DNA from: Eledone cirrhosa
Taxonomy: Eukaryota
Length of the DNA: 64,000 bases
NCBI GenBank assembly: GCA_964016885.1
Contig: OZ024746.1
Location: 1,426,001 to 1,490,000, forward strand
Reading direction: 5' to 3'
Part shown: positions 36,764-50,300 of the stretch, one piece after another
Position numbering within the stretch: position 1 is the stretch's first letter
How the letters are laid out: every line of letters begins with the position of its first letter
Notes under the pieces: generated by a model
What the model was told of the DNA's origin: nothing
Databases searched by the model: none
What the model saw: only the letters and a program-made list of their open reading frames with translations
Program-made: the position numbers and the translations under genes

Positions 36764-38186
36764 ATTATTATTATTATTATTATTATTATTAGTGTGCCCT
36801 GCAGGAAAGGATTGTGCTCATGTGCTTCGCAAGTCCTCCGAGATGGACGTGGTCAACGTTCGCTTGACCATTTGGAAACCGACGTCTACAGGGGAAACTA
36901 ACCTATACAGAGAAGAAGGAACAGACCATGGTGGTTTGTGTACGGCTTATGGGTGACAAGCGTTGGGAGTGGTGGTCTGTCGGTGGCTGGAGACCAGTCA
37001 GATCCAAGGAGCAGAAGTCACTGTAACAGAGACGTTCCTGTACATTGAGTGTGGTTAGGGTTGGTGTTAGGGATAAAGAAAACTCCGGGGAACCCACCCT
37101 TCGCCCTCCGTTTCCCTAAAGTCCTTAGCAGCATGTTCGGAGGTAAGATTAGTTGGTAGCACACGAAAAAAAAACAGAAAAAACTGGCAAAGAAAACTCT
37201 GGGAGAGGGGGGAGTCTAATCCCCACCCCTCCTCTCTTTTCCGGAGGAAAGTCCTTTGAACCATGGAGGTAAGTTTAATTAATGGTACACGAAAAAAACA
37301 AAACAAAATTAAGAAAAGAATTGTTTCCCACTGAAGTCAACATCCCGTCTGTGGTAGGAGCCTTGCAAGGTGGGGTGGCTGATGCAGCGGGTGTCGCTGG
37401 TCATTGTTCGTGGAAATGCCTTTGCAGTTTTGTCCGCAGGGCGAAGCCAAAATGCCGCCCCGCCCTAGGTGTAAAGTCACCCTCTCCCCTCCCATGACCT
37501 AATAGTCTTTCACTCTCATGGCATTTATATTCCTTTCCTATACAGCAACATCTGCCCTTCTTTACCCCTTCCTCCTTTTTTCCATTATTTTTATAATTAA
37601 TTAAGAAAACTTAATAAATAATTTAAATAAAAGAGCGGTGTGCGAAAAACAAAGAGGCAACAGTGACATGTGAAGATTTAAGTTAATTCCAAGATAACAA
37701 AGAATTAGCAATCATTAGAACGTTGGATAGAATATTTTCTAGTATTCGTTCTGGCTTTCTCTGGGTTCAAATCCCACCGAGGTCAACTTTGCCTTTCATA
37801 CATTCGAGGTCGAATAAAAAAAAGTACCGGTCAACTACTGGAGTTGATTGTTCCTCTATATCTCTTTCTCACTTCCATTCTCTCACTCTTTCTACTCAGC
37901 AGGCCAAGTACAATATAACTTTCTCATCAAACTGTCGTTTGAAGCAGATCTTAACGATTGTTACATAAAATTACGATGGTAGTCTTTTATTTAAAATATA
38001 TATACATTTCAAAATAAACAATTTTTTTTTTTTAATCATAGAGAATGCGGTGTGTAGCTTAAGGTAGTCTGAGATCAATAGGGCTTTAAAAATGCCTTAG
38101 AAACACCGTAATACGGTGCCCCTACGACTCCCTTGGCAGGGAATTAGAAGGCCATATCATGCAAGACAACAACGAAAGCGTCAATA

Positions 38187-38220
38187 TTTCCCGCCATTTT
38201 ACATTAGCCAACACTTCCGG
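38187..38220 (+). promoter_or_regulatory. SSRP1 proximal promoter motifs: E2F-like, YY1-like and ETS-like
   Basis: TTTCCCGCC (38187-38195) overlaps CCGCCATTTT (38191-38200). ACTTCCGG lies at 38213-38220. All sit 120-155 bp upstream of the ATG in CpG-retaining sequence. Confidence 0.55.
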
Positions 38221-38341
38221 TTCCTGTTATACGGTGTGTGCATGTCGATATCTACGTTTTAATATCGCCTCTGCGAACCAACATTTTTTCTTTAAGCATA
38301 TCTCCTACCGACTGTTGGAGTGTGGTCAGTAATTGTACAAC

Positions 38342-38512
38342 ATGAGCGATACCATCGAATACAATGATGTTGTACAAGAAGTCCGGGGAGCCTTGGTAAG
38401 ATAATACCTCTCTATTTTCTTTTGTTATAGTGGAGATACCGACAGCGGTACATCACCACCGCTCTTGGTTCTGTTACTTCTCGGTGTATATGCATATATG
38501 TATATATACATA

Positions 38513-38558
<46 letters not shown>

Positions 38559-38658
38559 AGTTCTAGTCCTGTAGAAACCATTTCTATATTAAATAAATAT
38601 ATATATATTACACGGATATATACAATTGGATGCATGTGTGTGTGTGTGTGTATATATG

Positions 38659-38693
<35 letters not shown>

Positions 38694-41318
38694 ATATATG
38701 TATGTGTGTGTATCAGCGCGGCTGATTGAAAAGGGAGAATGTCTCCGGTTTACTCCATTCACGACCCAGTTTCAATACTTTGTTGACATGGCATGAACAT
38801 CACATATCCATACCCCCCCCCCCCCCGGTTCTATGTAATAGCACCCTCCCCCCTCACTAATAATTCTAAAGTTTCCTTTCGTCGAAAACATAAATCTATA
38901 AACATTGTTGGGATTTCGATAAATAATTGAATGTGTAAGCCCGCGCGTAACAGCTAGAAAAAGGGGCACTGATCCGTAAAAATCTTAATTTATCTTTGCC
39001 TGCTTTGTCCCCTTTAAACCGCTAACATCCTTCAATTGATAATAAAATAAACAGCCATTGCTGTCCACTATAAATTTGTGGCTTTTATAAGTCTTAGCAT
39101 ATTAAGAAATCATTTAATCAGTGGCAAATAGATTAGCAACAGAATCGTTGGAGTGCCGACTAGAATACTTTGCTGTATTTAATTTTATTATTCACAGATA
39201 ATAACATTAGAAATAGTTTATAATTCTTACGGAAATATAAACATATTATATACGTTTATAAACATATAATAAATACAATTAATTATTGTTAGTAACCTCA
39301 AATATAAGATAAAAGAGAGAGAAAATAAAGAACCATTTCTTTCTTTTCGATCCGAGGTCAACTTTACTTTTCATCGTTATAGGGTCGATAAAGTACCAGT
39401 AAAGTATTGACATGTTAGGGTTATATAATAGATCAATAATATTGGTAATCCCACACAAAATAAACACAAACAATAGCTGAAGCTATTCGCTCTCCATAAG
39501 CACGTGTGAAGAGGTCATAGAATGTTATTTTTTTTTTTTTTTTAGAATTTAAACTGTCTGCGAATGATCTGAATAACAAAGAATCTATCAGTGACCGGGA
39601 AATATTTAAAAGTAATATTTCTAATGTCTCTAAAGGGGTGTTTGATCCCTCCCCCCTTTTTTTTTCAGGAATAAGTGGGCGAAGAAGACTAAAAGACTCC
39701 CTTTAGTTTCCAACCCAGCCAACACCAGCTCTGGTTCTATGAAATAAAACCACCCATTTTAAAGGTTTCCAATTTAAATTAAAATCTTCCAACATAATTT
39801 TATATAAGAACCTCACATTAAGTTACTATCTTAGTAGTAAAATAATTAATGATTTTAGTAAATCACTCAAAATTGTTCATTAATTAAAATATAACGTTTA
39901 TCATTAGAAATGTGTCATTAAGGGTCTATTCCTATTTGGGTGTATTTTTTGCTGCCTTTGTTTTATTACGATGATGATTGTTGTTGAGAAAATTCATTGT
40001 CGGATTCTTTATTGATATTTGCCATGTGTTGTTTATTACAATAATAATGTTTCTACTTTTGGCACAAGGCCAGCAATTACCCCAGTTCATTACTGGTACT
40101 TTATTTTATCGACCTCATAGGATGAATAATAATAATAATATAAAAATGATTATTATTACGTAATTTGACAACTTTCACAGTTGAAATAACATCTCTTCGA
40201 ACCATCCTTGTGACCCCCGCCCCCGCTTGATATCACCTGGTCAAGTGTTAGAGAACCTTTTAATGATGTTCGTATCTTAAATAATTGATGTTGGGTGGTG
40301 GAAGAAAAGAATGGTGAAGCCTAGAGGATAGTGAAAATAACATTTTCTACTTCGTGAGGGGGGGGGGGGGAGGGGCAGTCGTCAAACACTCCTTCCAGTG
40401 GGTCCTGTCGGGGTGGTGGGGTAGAGTCGTCAAACACTCCTTCCAGTGGGTCCTGTCGGGGTGGTGGGGTAGAGTCGTCAAACACTCCTTCCAGTGGGTC
40501 CTGTCGGGGTGGTGGGGCAGTCGTCAAACACTCCTTCCAGTGGGTCCTGTCGGGGTGGTGGGGCAGTCGTCAAACACTCCTTCCAGTGGGTCCTGTCGGG
40601 GTGGTGGGGCAGCCGTCAAACACTCCTTCCAGTGGGTCCTGTCGGGGTGGTGGGTGGATCACCAAGCAAGACCAGCCATGACTACTTTACAGTAGGGACT
40701 GGGTGTCTTTTGTTGTGACACCTACACAACCACTTTACAGTAGGGACTGGGTGTCTTTTGTTGTGACACCTACACAACCACTTTACAGTGGGGACTGGGT
40801 GTCTTTTGTTGTGACACCTACACAACCACTTTACAGTAGAGACTGGGTGTCTTTTGTTGTGACACCTACACAACCACTTTACAGTAGGGACTGGGTGTCT
40901 TTTGTTGTGACACCTACACAACCACTTTACAGTAGGGACTGGGTGTCTTTTGTTGTGACACCTACACAACCACTTTACAGTGGGAACTGGGTGTCTTTTT
41001 GTATAATGTACTCCAAAAAAACGTTGGAATCACCATGGTTAGAATGTCTGCTTCGATGGATGATCCTCTAACTTTTAAGGGAGTTGTAGAGGCACCATAT
41101 TGACATAGAGCGTTTCTAGGGCATTTTCAAATCGGGCAGGGCCCATCCATCTCCAGGCTTGCTTAATCTGTTGACTGCTGTATTTTGTACAGCTACAGTT
41201 GGTGTGCTGAGTTTCTTTTCAGTAAAATGATGTTATGTACTATTGGAAACGAGTCTCGTCTACAGCACTGAAGAGGTTAATCACAGCTAAACAGCAATGG
41301 CTAAATCAACATACTCAC

Positions 41319-41349
<31 letters not shown>

Positions 41350-44300
41350 CCTGGTAAATTAAAACTTCAAAGAGAAAATGTAGTATTCAAGAACTTAAAG
41401 ACTGGTAAAGTTGACCAATACTCAAGCAGTGATATTGAGTCTGTATGTTGGCTCAAACGGGCCTGTGGTAATTGCCTGAAAATCATACTTCAAAGTGGAA
41501 TGATACACCGCTACGATGGACTGAGAGAAACAGTAAGTTTAACCCTTTAGTTACCAACCCAGCCAAAACCAGCTCTGGTTCTATGATATAAAACCACCCA
41601 TTTTAAAGGTTTCCAATTTATATTAAAATCTTCCAATGGTCATTTATGACCATGAGATTTGCCCTTTATTTTTATATACATATATACACACACACGTCTA
41701 ACATATCTTTTTGTTTTCTTCAGGAATATGACAAATTATCATCATTTGTTATGAAACATTATGATACAACATTGGAGAAAGTAGAATGTTCAGTTAGAGG
41801 ATGGAATTGGGGTGTAGCCCGTTTTAGGGGTGAGTCTAATAATTAGTCACATTTTCTTTGTTAGTTCTATGCTTTCACATTTTTTCTTAAATTTCTTGTT
41901 TTTAATTTTCAGAATTTGACATTCTGTAACCTCCTCAATGACTGTTTTGTGCCCCTCTGCTCCATCTTGTCTTTTTTTCATTCTTTATTGTTTATTTATT
42001 TTTCCACCTTTTCTAACTGTTTTGCAGGTAATGCTCTCAATTTTGAAGTTGAGAAAAACATGGCTTTTGAAATTCCACTTACTAATGTGTCACACACAAC
42101 GACAAACAAAAATGAAGTTACTTTGGAATTTCATCAAAACGATGATGCTGCCGTCTCACTGATGGAATTACGTTTCCACATCCCATCTGAGCTAGAGAAG
42201 GATGTTGTACAAGATTTCTACAAAAATGTCATGTCCAAGGCTGATATTATCCAGGCGACAGGAGATGCTATTGTTACATTCGACCAAGTACAATGTCTTA
42301 CACCCAGGTATCATCATCATTGTTTTTACGTCCATTTTTCCATATTACATGGGTTGGATAGGTCCTTCTCAGTACAGCATCTCTCCTCTCATCATGTTCC
42401 TTTGTCATCTCCACTGTCTCAGTTATTTGAGGTCAGCTCTCACCTCTGCCCAGGTCTTTCTTGGTCTACCTCTACTTCAGCTTCTTTCCACTGAGATTTT
42501 CTGGCACTTCTTCATCCATCGGTCATCATCCATTCACATCACTTCTGTACCAACTCAGTCTTCTCTCCTGCACACCATCTCAGATTCCTCTTAAACCCAA
42601 TTTCTCCCTCAACTCGTCCAAGTTATATTGCATGTAACATAGAAAAATATGCAACATCATCATCATCATCATCATTTAACGTCCGTGTTCCACGCTTGCA
42701 TGGGTTTGGACGGGAGTTTTCCCACTTGAGGCAAGAGTGATTGTCTTGCTCGCATAGGACTGTCTGGCGGGTTTTCTACAGCTGGATGCCCTTCCTAACA
42801 CCAACCACATTTACAGTGTGGGGCTGGGAGGTTTTTACCGTGTTGCCTACACGGCCACATTACAGCGTGGACTGTGTTTTTTTGTCGTGACACCTACACG
42901 ATCTCATTTGTTTCGGCCTGGATGTTGTGGCACCAACATAACTTTACATTGAAGGATGGGGGGGGGGGGGGGGGGCGTATTTTGTTAGAGATGCCTACTG
43001 ACTGTAGTAGGTTTTACTTTGTATTTAGGTAAGGCGGGTCTTCTCTATTACTGAGTACCGCCAAAGGTCTCGGTCCAGTGACATTGTCTTGGAGAGGTGT
43101 AAGCGTGTGAGGTCGGAATTTATCAGCTCGTCCCAGGATTTTCTGGGTCTGCCTACTCCGTAGCTACCGTCTATCTTTATTGCCCTGCACTTTGTTATAC
43201 AGCTGTCGTCTTTCATGCGCATCACGTGACCATACCAACGTAGCCTTCTCTCGAGTAAACAACATCTGATCCCTCTTATTTCTAATTTTTTCCTTAGTTC
43301 GCTTATGCTTTGCCGTTCACGTATGTTACTATTACACATCCAGCGGAGCATGCAAGCTTCGTTCCTCTCTAGTCTGCGTATATCCTCTGCACACAATGCC
43401 CAGGTCTCACTGCCATGCAACATTGCTGTTCGTATGCAGGCATCATACAACCTGCCTTTCATTTTTAGGGAGAACCCTTTAGTGGCTAATAGTGGTATAA
43501 GCTCTCTGAACTTTTTCCATCCAGTTCTGACTCTAGCTACTGTACTTTCAGAGCACCCTCCCCCACTGCTGATTTTGTCACCCAGGTAACGGAAGTTGTC
43601 CAACATATTTGAATTATTTACTGTACGTATACTGAAGGGAGGCATAGAGGGTAGAAGATTAAGAAGACGAAGGCAATGCTGGTGTGTTGACATCAGAGAT
43701 TAGATGGGAAGAACACTAGCTGAGTGTATGGTTGTGGTGAGCCCACAGTCCCTGACCCTTAGTAATGAGGGTGGAAAATAACCTGACATCCAAATGTTAC
43801 TGTTTGCCATGCACTTTGACAATCAACAACAGATTGCATATTTTATACAGTCACATATATGTCCATCCACTGTGTCTGTACTGTTGTATGCTAAAATGTT
43901 GCAAACTTACATGGTTCTTTGATTCAACTACTCTCAGACTTTTGACATAGCTAAACATGATTTTGTATGAATCTTGCACATGTAGTCTATAAATTCTAAG
44001 TTTGTGTTTATACATAATTCTAGCCATGTATATTGTAAATTGTTTTCTGAGCTTTTAAGTTCTTTCTATTTTCAGAGGTCGATATGATATCAAGATTTAC
44101 CCAACATTTTTACAGCTTCATGGTAAAACATTTGATTACAAAATCCCTTATGCCACTGTACTTCGGCTGTTTTTACTCCCACACAATGACAGGCGCCAGA
44201 TGTTTTTTGTGGTATGTCTAAACTGACTCTTCTTTATTATTGTTTTATTAAACTTTATATTATATGGGATGTAAATCATCTCTTTTGACCTTTTCCTTTC

Positions 44301-47300
44301 TACCTTTTTAAGTATTTCATGCCCAAGACCCCGGCTGATGCACAGTTAACAGAACAGCCATGTAGTCTGTTTCTCTGATAACTCACTCCATAATTGTACT
44401 TGAATATAGCTAGGGATGACAGTTATTAGAACATCGGACAGAATGTTTTGCCATTCATCCTTTTCTGGTTAATCTCTCTCTCTCTGGATTGGCTCCTCCA
44501 GGCTTAAAACACTGTCACTATGGTGACCTATGACTCCATCAGGAGTTACAGGACCATACCATCTCTCACTCCTTCTGGAAGGAGTGAGCTATGTCCAGAC
44601 CTGGGGAGGAAGGTGAGCTCCACTAGGTTTAAAGTACCTAAAACATTCTATATGTCACAACACCACCCCTATGACTCCATCAGGAGTTACAGGTTCATAT
44701 ATACATAGTATATATATATGTATATATATTGTTCTACTCGATAAACACACCCAGTACACACTGTAAAGTCATTAGCCATAGAAATGTTGGACCCTCAAAG
44801 GTTGGGAGGACCCTCAGTTGTGTTGAAGACATGACAATCTCTCTTGTGCACTCTGCCATTACTACTACTATTACTACCTCTCCCCTCACCCGTCCCAGCC
44901 CCAACAAACCCTGCCATTATTACCACCACCACTGTTCTTCTAGCCCTGAGTTCTCCTACTGTTATGTATGGATGAGCTGAGAATAAATGGAGCAACCCCG
45001 AATTAATAAATGAATATGAATCCGCAAACTACCAAGCACCCATGTGAAGCTTCAATTCAGAGACAGGAAGCATACACACACCCCTGCAAAAATCGACCCT
45101 TTCCCACGAATGTTGACAAATGCCCAAAACTCCAAGTTGGTACCTTCAATGTAGGCACAATGAAAGGAAGAGCAGGAGAAATTGTAGAGATGCTAGAGCG
45201 AAAGGAAATCGATGTATGTTGTGTGCAAGAGACTAGATGGAAAGAAGAGTATGCTAGAGTCCTTGTAGGAAAAAGTCAGTGCTACAAATGGGTGGGAAAT
45301 GACGATGGGATGGGTGGTGTAGGTATCCGACTAGCTGACAAGTGGATAGATAAGGTAATCTCAGTGAACAGGGTGAATGCAAGAATCATTAAACTCAGAC
45401 TAGTCCTGAATAAAACAATTACCACAATAATATCAGCTTACACACCCCAATCGGAGTTGTTAGACGAACATAAGGATAGGTTTTATGAGTCCCTAATGCA
45501 CACTACTGCTCTAACAAACGACAATGACTTCCTAATCATTGCAGGGGATTTCAACGGACACGTAGGTAAACACCGGCTTCTATAGAGTCCAAGGGCTTGG
45601 CACAAGAAATGAAGAAGGATTCAGGCTTCTAGAATTCTGCGACGCCAATGACATGTCGATATGTAACACAAACTTCAAAAAACACGACAACCACCTGATC
45701 ACCTATAGATCAAGGGAGCATTCTAGTCAGATAGATTTTATCCTCATCACAGGACGTGACAGAAGGACGGTCGTAAACACAAAGGCCTTCCCTAGTCAGA
45801 AATGGACCTCCCAACATAGCTTAGTTGTCAGCGACCTCACGGTCAGAACTAGATGAACCTGGAGAAGAAAGATCTGGAAGCTGAAAGACCCCTCAGCCAG
45901 TAACAGATTTAAAGATATTTTACTCGACGCCTATGACAGTAGAGAAGAACAGATAGAGACATTCAATGTAGAAGAGCACTGGGAGTTCCTAAAAAATAAC
46001 TTACTAAAGGTGATGGATGAGATCTGTGGCTGGAGTAAGACCACAGGCAGGAGGAGAGTGACTTGGTGGAACAATAAGGTAGATGAGGCAGTTAAGGCCA
46101 AGAGACAGGCATGGAAAGAATGGAAGAACGGGGGAAGCAGGGTACATTACATAGAGACCAGGGGGGAAGCAGCGGATAGAAAATTCAAGCATGTTTTGCA
46201 ACGTGAGGACCAGAAACAAGGAGGTGTTCAAGATTGCGAGGCAGTGTGTCAGAGAGAAGTGTATCCGGAATGATAAAGGTGAGCTTGCCCTCACAAGTGC
46301 TGAGAAGAAAGATGCGTGGAAGAACCATTATGATAGATTACTAAATGAGGAGAATGCATGGGAAGAAGAGACCCTACCCCAAGTAGACACTATAGAGGGG
46401 TCAGCAGCGTAGTAAGTAAGGCAATCAAATATATGAAGACGGGGAAGGCAACCGGTCCATCAGGTATAGCTGCCGAGATGCTGAAGGCATCTGGGTCAGT
46501 AGGTCACACCATAACTACACGTATTGTTAACGAGGTAATACTAGAAGGTGTCATACCAAAAGATTGGTGCAGTAGCATAATTGTCAACTGCTACAAAGGT
46601 AAAGGTGATGTACTAGATAGAGGTATAAAGCTGATGGACCAGGTCATGAAAGTAACAAAGAGTTATAGCACAGTTGATTAGGGACCGGGTGAAACTAGAT
46701 GAGATGCAATTTGGGTTTGTGCCAGGAAGAGGCACCACTGATGCCCTTTTCCTTGTGAGGCAGTTACAGGAAAAGTACCTAGCTAAAAGTAAGCCACTCT
46801 ACCTGGCATTTGTTGATCTCGAGAAAGCCTTTGACAGAGTTCCCCGTGCTATAATCTGGTGGGCTCTTAGAAAATTAGAAGTAGATGAATGGCTTGTGAA
46901 AGCTGTACAAGCCATGTATAGGGGAGCAGTCAGCAAAGTTAGGATTAGCAATGAGTATAGCGAGGAATTTAGCGTACAGGTCGGTGTCCACCAGGGCTCT
47001 GTTCATAGTTCTGCAGGCAATAACGGAGGAGTTTAAGACTGGATGCCCATGGGAACTCCTGTATGCAGATGACCTCGCACTTATGGCTGAATCTATGGTA
47101 GAACTACAGAAGAAATTCCAAACTTGGAAGCAGGGACTAGAAAGAAAGGGTCTCAAAGTCAACCTGACAAAGACTAAGGTCCTTGTAAGTAGACGAGAAA
47201 ACAGAACACAGATCCCCTCAGGGAAATGGCCTTGCTCAGTGTGTAGGTAGGAACTCCATTCTCTGTCCCAAATACACAAGAGATGTAGCGGGATCTCAGG

Positions 47301-50300
47301 AAGCTTAACTAAGAATGTAGGCTTCACATGTAGCAGCTGCGCTGGGACAGCATGCAGCAAACAGCCACAGGAAACAAGTACCACCAAACTCTGGGAGGTC
47401 TCTGTAGAAACAGTAGACAGCTTCTGCTACCTAAGTGACCGAATTAGCAGCGGAGGTGGGTGTTCGGAAAGTACAATAACTAGGGTAAGAACGGGATAGA
47501 AGAAGTTCAGGGAGCTACTGGCACTGTTAGTTGCAAAAGGCTTTTCCCTCGAAATGAAAGGCAGACTTATGATGCGTGTATACGAACAGCAATGTTACAT
47601 GGTAGTGAGACATGGGCGCTGAAGGTGGAAGATTTGCGTAGATTAGAGAGAAACGAAGCTTGCATGCTCCGATGGATGTGTAATAGTAATATACGCGAAC
47701 AGCAAAGCATAAATGAATTGAGAGAGAGACTGTGCATAAGAGAAATCAAATGCTGTGGGCAGGAGAGGCGGTTGCATTGGTATGGACATGTGATGCGTAT
47801 GAAGGATGACAGCTGCATAAAAAGGTGCAGAGCAGTAGAAGTCAATGGAAGCCACGGAGTGGGGAGACCCAAGAAGACCTGGGATGAGGTGATAAAAGCC
47901 GACCTTACCCAATTACACCTCTCAAAGACGATGGATGACACACGACCGTGACCTCTGGCGTCACGCAGTAATACAGAAGACTCGACCCTCACCCCACGGG
48001 TACAAGCCGAAGCTGAAGCATTTAGACAATATGCCCCCACACCCTCCCACTGTAAAGTGGACGTGTAGGCACTACGGAAAAAAAGCACCCACAACTCACT
48101 GTAAATGAGGTTGGTGTTAGGAAGGGCATCCAGCTGTAGAAATCAAGCCAGAATCAGTTCCCGTATGCGCAAGACAAGGTCACCTGACTGGACACTGCCC
48201 ACAACAGGACTAACCCATGCTAAACGGTGATGATGATGATGACACACACCTACATACACAGTAAAAACAGTAGAAAGCCAGACTGGAAATTTACTTTAGG
48301 ATTTTAATTCCACAAAGGCACTATACATATTTCAATGGTAAATATATATATATAACTTGTAACTTGGTGTTACTGTTGGTTCACCAACTCAAGCCCTTGA
48401 TAGGTCGGTCTGTTTAAGTCTAGTATATAGTGTTGTACATTTGGTATTATACTATGGTTGGTCTCCTTTATAAGCATTGTGTAATATAACAATAAGTAGG
48501 AATGAGGTGTCTCATGAGCTTTTGATTACACTGTCTGACCGGACCAATACAGATCAAACCTTGAACTGATCAATAACGTAACATACATTACACCTGAATA
48601 GAATAAAGTTAATAATGATATTCTGATACCTCTGTCCTATTATTATATATATCTCTGGTGGATTTGCAGTATCAGTAGAGGGTCGGACGCCATACTTTCT
48701 AGCATAGTTATGTCCCTTTATGGTCTGAGTTCAAATCCCGCAGAGGTTAACTTTGCCTTTCATGCTTATGGGGTCGATAAAATAAAGTACCAGTAATACA
48801 CTGGAATAATTGTTGGCCTTGTGCCAAAAGTAGAAACAATTATTATATATATCTGTTAGCTGAACCATGTAGACTGCATGTGAGATGGGAAGATCCTGAA
48901 AGACTTGCTCCATGTTCCATACAAGTGTAAAAATGAATGTAAAACAGAATCAAGATAAAACACTGTAATTTCAGTGAAACCAACTTTTGTTTCTTCTCCA
49001 GGTTAGCTTGGATCCACCTATAAAGCAAGGACAGACACGTTATCATTTCCTTATTTTGCTTTTCAACAAAGATGATGAGATGACCACAGAACTTGCCTTA
49101 TCAGAGTAAGTATACATGTTCTCTAGGCTGTGGGACTCTGTGGTACTAACCCCCTTTCCTCCTCCATCTTAATATTTGTGTTTTTATATTGGTATGAACT
49201 GTCACAGTCTAGAGTAGGTGAAATCCCTTCATACCATGGTCTTACGTCTACCACTATAGCTACCTTTCACTGTCAGCAGACATCACTTTCTCACCCATCT
49301 TGTGTGTATATATATATATATGTGCGCATGCATAGTCCCGTAACTCATGAGGAAGCTATAGGGCGCCATATTGACATATGACATTTCTAGGGCATTTTAA
49401 AACCTGGCGGAGCCCATCTCTCCAGGTTTGAATGCACCAGATTTCTTCCAGAGAAGGACAGAGGAAGAAGCAACCCCTGTATGTGACTGGTACTTTTTTC
49501 TCAACCTTCGATGGATGAAAGCCAAAGTTAACCATGGCAAGATTTGAACTAAACGAATGCAGAGAGTTGAAATGAATAATACTCTAAAGTATTTTAACAT
49601 TCTAATTAATGACTACCATTTCACTACTAAATACTCTAAAGTATTTTAACATTCTAATTAATGACTACCATTTCACTACTAAATACTGTAAAGTATTGTA
49701 ACATTCTAATGACTACCATTTCACTACTAAATACTGTATAGTATTGTAACATTCTAATGACTACCATTTCACTACTAAATACTGTATAGTATTGTAACAT
49801 TCTAATGTCTACTATTTCGCTACTAAATACTGTATAGTATTGTAACATTCTAATGTCTACCATTTCACTACTAAATACTGTATAGTATTGTAACATTCTA
49901 ATGACTATCATTTCACTACTAAATACTGTATAGTATTGTAACATTCTAATGACTATCATTTCACTACTAAATACTGTATAGTATTGTAACATTCTAATGT
50001 CTACTATTTCACTACTAAATACTGTATAGTATTGTAACATTCTAATGTCTACCATTTCACTACTAAATACTGTATAGTATTGTAACATTCTAATGACTAT
50101 CATTTCACTACTAAATACTGTATAGTATTGTAACATTCTAATGACTACCATTTCACTACTAAATACTGTATAGTATTGTAACATTCTAATGTCTACTATT
50201 TCGCTACTAAATACTGTATAGTATTGTAACATTCTAATGTCTACCATTTCACTACTAAATACTGTATAGTATTGTAACATTCTAATGACTATCATTTCAC

